Shown here one piece after another: positions 59,685-64,000 of a DNA stretch of 64,000 nucleotides. Location: contig CAVSGO010000007.1 in assembly GCA_963727525.1 (NCBI GenBank), positions 352,001-416,000 of the forward strand, read 5' to 3'. Positions within the stretch are counted from its first letter, which is position 1, and the number at the start of each line of letters is the position of its first letter. Source of the stretch: an uncultured bacterium (GTDB lineage Bacteria > Krumholzibacteriota > Krumholzibacteriia > LZORAL124-64-63). The position numbers and the translations under genes were made by a program. Below the pieces are notes generated by a model. That model searched no databases. It saw nothing but the letters and a program-made list of their open reading frames with translations, and was not told the DNA's origin.

Positions 59685-60830
59685 GTGGCGAAGAAGCAGC
59701 GACCTGGCGAGCTGGCAAAGATCCGCGACGACGCCGCGGCCGAGCGGCCCGCCGTTCGTGTGCGGCCCGGCGTGCCCGGCGCGAGTGGCGGCCTCGTATC
59801 GCCGGTGAGTCCGCGGCGGCGCACGTTGGCCGTCGAGGACTACGTGAACGGCGTGCGCAGCGGCGACCGCTCCCTGCTCGCGCGCGCGATCACACTCGTC
59901 GAATCGAATGCGCCGGCCCATTTCGAACCGGCTCAGGCCGTGGTCAAGGCGCTCCTGCCGTACGCGGGCAGCGCGGCGCGGGTCGGCATCACCGGCATTC
60001 CCGGCGCGGGCAAGAGCACGTTCATCGAGACCCTCGGCACTCTGCTCACCGCACAGGGCCATCGGGTCGCCGTCACGGCGGTCGATCCCTCGAGCAGTGT
60101 CAGCGGTGGCAGTGTGCTGGGCGACAAGACGCGTATGGAAGAGCTGGCCACCGATCCGCGCGCCTTCGTGCGGCCGTCGCCGTCGGGCGGCACGCTGGGC
60201 GGCGTCACCCGCAAGACACGCGAGACCATCCTTCTCTTCGAGGCCGCGGGGTACGACGTGGTACTGGTGGAGACCATGGGGGTGGGCCAGAGCGAGACCG
60301 TGGTGCGTTCGATGGTCGATTTCTTCCTGCTGCTGCTGGCTCCGAGCGGCGGCGACGAGTTGCAAGGCATCAAGAAGGGTGTGGTGGAGCTGGCCGATGC
60401 CATCGTCATCAACAAGGCTGACGGTGAGCGCAAGACGGAGGCCCAGCTCGCGCGGGCCGAGTACGAGCATGCCCTGCACTACCTGCGGCCGGCCACCGCG
60501 GGCTGGCAGACGCGCGCCTTCACCTGCTCGGCGCTCACCGGCGACGGCGTGTCCGACGTGTGGGACGTGATCGCCCGGTTCCTCGCACAGGCTCGTGAGA
60601 GCGGGGTACTCGCACGCCGCCGCCAGGCCCAGGAGCGCGAGTGGTTGCACGCCCTCGTGCGCGAGCAGCTGCTGGAGCGCTTCGGCCGCCATCCGGCGGT
60701 GCGCGCGTTGCTGCCGACGCTGGAGCAGCAGGTGGAGGCAGGGGAAGTGCCCGCCGTGACCGCCGCGCGGCAACTGCTCGCAGCCTTCGCGGCGGCGGCG
60801 GCACCTCCGGATAGGGGCAATCCGGACTAG
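59685..60830 (+). CDS. meaB: Methylmalonyl-CoA mutase-associated GTPase MeaB/ArgK
   Basis: LARAITLVES, GITGIPGAGKST, AVDPSS..SGGS.LGDKTRM, ETMGVGQSE, GDELQGIKKG, NKAD; start uncertain. Confidence 0.93.
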   Translation: MAKKQRPGELAKIRDDAAAERPAVRVRPGVPGASGGLVSPVSPRRRTLAVEDYVNGVRSGDRSLLARAITLVESNAPAHFEPAQAVVKALLPYAGSAARVGITGIPGAGKSTFIETLGTLLTAQGHRVAVTAVDPSSSVSGGSVLGDKTRMEELATDPRAFVRPSPSGGTLGGVTRKTRETILLFEAAGYDVVLVETMGVGQSETVVRSMVDFFLLLLAPSGGDELQGIKKGVVELADAIVINKADGERKTEAQLARAEYEHALHYLRPATAGWQTRAFTCSALTGDGVSDVWDVIARFLAQARESGVLARRRQAQEREWLHALVREQLLERFGRHPAVRALLPTLEQQVEAGEVPAVTAARQLLAAFAAAAAPPDRGNPD

Positions 60831-60933
60831 TCACCGGCACGGTCGCTGTGTACATTTCCCTACCGACATCCTTCGCCGTGCCAGGACATCTTGCGTCTTG
60901 GCATCTTGCCAACCCGAGTCCGAGGACGCCGCC

Positions 60934-62538
60934 ATGTGCTCGCTGGATCCCGCCGCTCTGCCCACCGTGCAGCTCTCCGACACCCTCACCGGACGCAAGG
61001 TCGCGTTGACCACCGTGGAGCCGGGCAAGGTCGGGATCTACTGCTGCGGGCCGACGGTGTACGACATGAGCCACATCGGTCACGCCCGCGCGGCCCTCGC
61101 CCCGGACATCATCGTGCGCGCCCTGCGCTGGCTTGGCTACACCGTCACCTACGTGCGCAACATCACGGACATCGACGACAAGATCATCGCTCGGGCCCAG
61201 CAACAGGGCGTGCCGGCGGCCGAGGTTGCGGCGCGCTACACGGCCGAGTACCACAAGGATCTCGACGCGCTCGGCATGATCGAGCCCGACGTGGAGCCAC
61301 GCGTGAGCGAGCACATCCCCGAGATCCTCGACCTCGTGGACGCGCTCCTGCACCAGGGCCTCGCCTACCAGGTCGACGGCGACGTGTATTTCCGTGTCGG
61401 GGCATTCCGTTCGTACGGCCAGCTCAGCAAGCGCAATCTCGACGAGATGCTCGACGGCGCCGGCAGCCGCGTGGGCGTGGACGAGCGCAAGGAGAGTCCC
61501 CTGGACTTCGCCCTCTGGAAGGCGGCCAAGCCCGGCGAGCCGTTCTGGCAGAGCCCGTGGGGGCCGGGCCGGCCGGGCTGGCACATCGAATGTTCGGCCA
61601 TGAGTTCCACCCATCTCGGCGAGACTTTCGATATCCACACGGGCGGGCGCGACCTCATCTTTCCCCACCACGAGAACGAGATCGCCCAGAGCCAGGGCGC
61701 GCACGGCGAGGGCACCTTCGCCCGCCACTGGGTGCACAATGGCTTCATCAACTTCGCGGGCGAGAAGATGTCCAAGAGCCTGGGCAACTTCTCCACCATC
61801 CGCGAGATCCTCACGCGCTACCCGGGCGAGTCGTTGCGCTACTTCCTGCTGACCGTGCACTACCGCAGCGGGCTGAACTTCGATGTCGAGGTCACCTGTC
61901 CAGCCTGCGGCGCCGAGATGGGGGAGGCCGCCCAGGACGCCGGGCTTTGCGACGCGTGCCAGCACCAGTGCGACGCGGCGCAGATCAAGCAGCGGATGCG
62001 CTTCCCGAGCCTCGAGGAGGCCGACGATCGCGCGTCCTACGTCTATACGACCCTCCTCGGTGTGCGGCAGGCGCTGGCCAGCGGCGCGCCGTCCGATCTC
62101 GAGGGCGAGGTCACCGAGGGCGTCGCCGGTCTGCGCGAGGGATTCCGGGAGGCCATGCTCAATGATTTCAACGCCCCGGCGGCCCTGGGCGTGCTCAGCA
62201 AGCCCCTGAGCGAGGTCAACGGCCTGCTGGCTTCGGCCAAGGGCGTCGACAAGCAGAGACGCCGGCGTACGCTGGCCCGCTTCGCGGCCGAGATCGCGGA
62301 GGTGGGCGATGTGCTGGGGCTCTTCCGGGCCGATCCGGAGGCCTGGCTCGCCCGACGGCGCGACCTCAAGGCGGCGCGTATGGGGCTGGATGTGGCGCGG
62401 GTCGAGAGCCTGGTCGCCGAGCGCGCGGCCGCCAGGCAGGCGCGCGATTTCGCCGGCGCGGATCGTGTGCGTGACGAGTTGCTCGCCCTCGGGGTGACCG
62501 TCCAGGATGGCGCCGACGGCACGGGGTGGTCCCTCTGA
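60934..62538 (+). CDS. cysS: Cysteine--tRNA ligase
   Basis: CGPTVY, HIGH, DFALWK, GRPGWHIECSAM, FPHHENE, KMSKS, DF..AD.VRD.L. Confidence 0.97.
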   Translation: MCSLDPAALPTVQLSDTLTGRKVALTTVEPGKVGIYCCGPTVYDMSHIGHARAALAPDIIVRALRWLGYTVTYVRNITDIDDKIIARAQQQGVPAAEVAARYTAEYHKDLDALGMIEPDVEPRVSEHIPEILDLVDALLHQGLAYQVDGDVYFRVGAFRSYGQLSKRNLDEMLDGAGSRVGVDERKESPLDFALWKAAKPGEPFWQSPWGPGRPGWHIECSAMSSTHLGETFDIHTGGRDLIFPHHENEIAQSQGAHGEGTFARHWVHNGFINFAGEKMSKSLGNFSTIREILTRYPGESLRYFLLTVHYRSGLNFDVEVTCPACGAEMGEAAQDAGLCDACQHQCDAAQIKQRMRFPSLEEADDRASYVYTTLLGVRQALASGAPSDLEGEVTEGVAGLREGFREAMLNDFNAPAALGVLSKPLSEVNGLLASAKGVDKQRRRRTLARFAAEIAEVGDVLGLFRADPEAWLARRRDLKAARMGLDVARVESLVAERAAARQARDFAGADRVRDELLALGVTVQDGADGTGWSL

Positions 62539-62699
62539 CACGGTCGCCTTTTCGCGAAAGTCCCTGACGTACTGGCCGATAATCCTTTTGCAACGCCGAC
62601 TCCTGTCCAGCGGTCAGGCGTCGCGTGAACAATTGGGAGATCTCATCGGCCCGTACCGGTCCGGACGGCTGCGCCCAGCGTCCGGCGGGAGACGTAGCG

Positions 62700-64000
62700 A
62701 TGATTCGGCAGGGTTCACACTCCCGTTCGGCAACGAGAACGCTCCTGGCTCTGGTAGCGCTTCTGAGCATCCCCGGAGCACATGCCTATGCCGGCGACGG
62801 GCCGGCGGGCCTCGTGCTCAAGCCGGCGTTCCGCCATCTCACCATCGAGGACGGGCTCTCGCAGAGTAGTGTGAACGCCATGCTCCAGGACCGTCAGGGG
62901 TTCATCTGGCTCGGCACCCAGGATGGCTTGAACCGCTACGACGGCAATGAATTCAAGGTCTGGAAAACAGATCCCAACGATCCGCACAGCTTGCGCGACG
63001 CCTACATCACGGCCGTGGCCGAGGCACCCGATGGGACCCTGTGGCTCGGTACCGACGCCGCGGGATTCTGTCGCTTCGATCAAGTGACCGGTGCCAGTCA
63101 GACGGTGCGCATCGATCCGTCCCACACCGCCGAACTCGATGTTTACGCCGTGACTCACCTCATCGTCGATGAGAATGGCATCGTGTGGGTGGCGACGCAG
63201 GGCCGCGGTCTGATCCGCCACGATCCCGAGAGTGGCGAGAGCCTCGTCTACCGCCACGATCCGTCGAACCCGTCCACGCTACCCGACGACGAGGTCCTCG
63301 CCCTGGCGCGTGATGGCGATGGGCACATCTGGGCCGCGACGGTCGGGGGGCTCGCGGAGCTGGATCTAGCGTCAGGCGGCTTGCGCGTGTTCCGTCACGA
63401 GGACCGCGACGCGAGCAGCCTGGCCAGCAACCGCGTGACGGCCTTGCTCTTCGGTCAGCGGGGGCAACTCTGGGTCGGCACCGACGCCGGGCTCGATCGT
63501 TTCACGCCCGCGGACGGGACGTTCCGGCATATCTTCGGCGGTCGGGAGAGGGAACTCGGTCTGGCCGGCAACGACATCCAGGCACTGGTGGAGGATTCGG
63601 CCAACCATCTCTGGATCGGTGGCGAGATCGTCGGCCTACTGCGTTACGAACCCGAGTCGGAGCACGTGACGCGGTTCGAGCGCAACACATCCGATCCGCT
63701 CAGCCTACATGACGATCAGGTCCATGCCATCATGCTCGACCGTACCGGTGTTCTCTGGGTCGGCAACGATCTCGGCGTGAGCGTGCTCGACAGCCATGCC
63801 AAGCCGTTCTACCACTTTCGGCAAGACGTCAGCAACCCCAGTGGTCTGAGCAACAACTCGGTCTGGTCGATCTGGGAGGACCGGCGCGGCAACGCCTGGA
63901 TCGCCACAGACGATGGTGTCGACGTCCTCGACCCGCGAACGGGGAGCTTCCGCGTCTACCGCTCGCACGGGGCGGACGACTCCGACGGTCCGGCCGGCGA
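62700..64000 (+). CDS. Ligand-binding sensor with two-component regulator propeller (Reg_prop) repeats; partial
   Basis: Manual translation: signal peptide, then FRHLTIEDGLSQSSV...QDRQGFIWLGTQDGLNRYDG and repeated SL..N.V....D..G.LWVGT; open at the window end. Confidence 0.9.
   Translation, partial: MIRQGSHSRSATRTLLALVALLSIPGAHAYAGDGPAGLVLKPAFRHLTIEDGLSQSSVNAMLQDRQGFIWLGTQDGLNRYDGNEFKVWKTDPNDPHSLRDAYITAVAEAPDGTLWLGTDAAGFCRFDQVTGASQTVRIDPSHTAELDVYAVTHLIVDENGIVWVATQGRGLIRHDPESGESLVYRHDPSNPSTLPDDEVLALARDGDGHIWAATVGGLAELDLASGGLRVFRHEDRDASSLASNRVTALLFGQRGQLWVGTDAGLDRFTPADGTFRHIFGGRERELGLAGNDIQALVEDSANHLWIGGEIVGLLRYEPESEHVTRFERNTSDPLSLHDDQVHAIMLDRTGVLWVGNDLGVSVLDSHAKPFYHFRQDVSNPSGLSNNSVWSIWEDRRGNAWIATDDGVDVLDPRTGSFRVYRSHGADDSDGPAG

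Noticed and set aside
59685-60830. meaB without an adjacent methylmalonyl-CoA mutase
   Set aside because: meaB is often unlinked; the mutase may lie elsewhere in the genome

Overview
High-GC bacterial window with about 36 genes and no recognisable rRNA, tRNA or CRISPR array. The many secreted proteins ending in a 'PNPFNP...WDG.D..GR.VASG.Y...LV(K/R)' FlgD-Ig/T9SS-like C-terminal domain suggest an FCB-group lineage such as Krumholzibacteriota/Latescibacterota (inference). The standout locus (~0.5-18.1 kb) is a co-directional envelope-machine cluster: lipoprotein, a ~2250-aa repetitive Ig-like surface protein with a sorting-type CTD, a PorV-like barrel fused to a FlgD-like domain, a 1005-aa TPR protein, ExbB, two ExbD (the second has Asn in place of the conserved Asp), TonB, and a periplasmic protein with a TonB-box-like motif, FlgD-like and OmpA-like domains. 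No TonB-dependent receptor is present, so this is a candidate Ton-motor-powered, T9SS-like secretion, adhesin-display or gliding system. The rest holds housekeeping genes (add, typA, DUF1015-serA-serC, meaB, cysS with a Zn-ribbon-like insertion), secreted proteases, a sugar ABC transporter with a GH38 mannosidase, a pseudokinase and a POT transporter. Non-coding highlights: two covarying 35-bp-stem hairpin elements bracketing an orphan gene, a nested-hairpin MITE-like element with a target duplication, and a shared PHO-box-like direct repeat upstream of two CTD-bearing genes.
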